From: Corynebacterium glutamicum ATCC 13032
GTDB taxonomy: Bacteria > Actinomycetota > Actinomycetes > Mycobacteriales > Mycobacteriaceae
Assembly: GCF_000011325.1 (NCBI RefSeq)
Contig: NC_003450.3
Location: 3,180,001-3,212,000 of the forward strand
Length of the DNA stretch: 32,000 nt
Reading direction: 5' to 3'
Both the position numbers and the translations under genes were made by a program. Each line of letters begins with the position of its first letter. The stretch's first letter is position 1. Shown one piece after another: positions 31,902 through 32,000 of the stretch. The notes beneath the pieces were generated by a model that ran no database searches, was not told the DNA's origin, and saw nothing but the letters and a program-made list of their open reading frames with translations.

Positions 31902-32000
31902 CTAGGCGATAAAACTTGAATACATCATCATCGCCATCACAGATAGTGAACCGCCCATGATGATTCCGCTGACTACCTTGGAGGATTTAAGCGAGACAAG
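31902..32000 (-). CDS. 3' end of a gene running off the window (hydrophobic C-terminus ...GIIMGGSLSVMAMMMYSSFIA*)
   Basis: The frame is open from base 32000 down to a TAG at 31902-31904. Only 32 codons are visible, so the call is tentative. Confidence 0.3.
   Translation of the reverse strand, partial: LVSLKSSKVVSGIIMGGSLSVMAMMMYSSFIA

Overview
The window reads as an ordinary, gene-dense chromosomal segment of a Corynebacterium (C. glutamicum-like; organism assigned from protein sequences and gene order by eye, no search run). It carries the conserved actinobacterial block ino1 ... class A PBP - GT-C membrane protein - rpsF-ssb-rplI-dnaB, in the order I recall for M. tuberculosis Rv0046c-Rv0058. 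Next to it lie a three-gene MacB-type ABC efflux operon with a very long adaptor protein, and a run of nucleic-acid protection and repair genes (dps, nei, rtcB, ogt). Further along are qor, an MFS transporter, malic enzyme, an FGGY kinase and a VanZ-like protein. I saw no tRNA or rRNA genes, CRISPR arrays, transposases, phage genes or recognisable defence systems.

The strongest non-genic signal is a dense cluster of DnaA boxes between rplI and dnaB: five perfect TTATCCACA 9-mers plus four near-perfect ones in about 300 bp, some helically phased, with an AT-rich stretch alongside. It resembles a secondary DnaA-binding locus (a datA- or DBC-like titration site, or a DnaA-controlled dnaB promoter).

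Other signals worth a second look:
- A hairpin-forming repeat of about 52-54 bp (GCAAAAATCCACCACA-N20-22-TGTGGTGGATTTTTGC), present three times at two intergenic loci.
- A degenerate 12-bp tandem array in a 616-bp intergenic region.
- Paired CG-centred palindromes upstream of ino1.
- A DtxR-like box between dps and nei.
- A Shine-Dalgarno-equipped mini-ORF plus terminator plus a 12-bp tandem duplication directly in front of rtcB.
- Two or three short ORFs near or below the ORF-track cutoff: a 47-aa signal-peptide ORF, a 63-aa two-TM protein coupled to the GT-C gene, and a 70-aa ORF coupled to padR.

All functional interpretations of these non-genic signals are inference.
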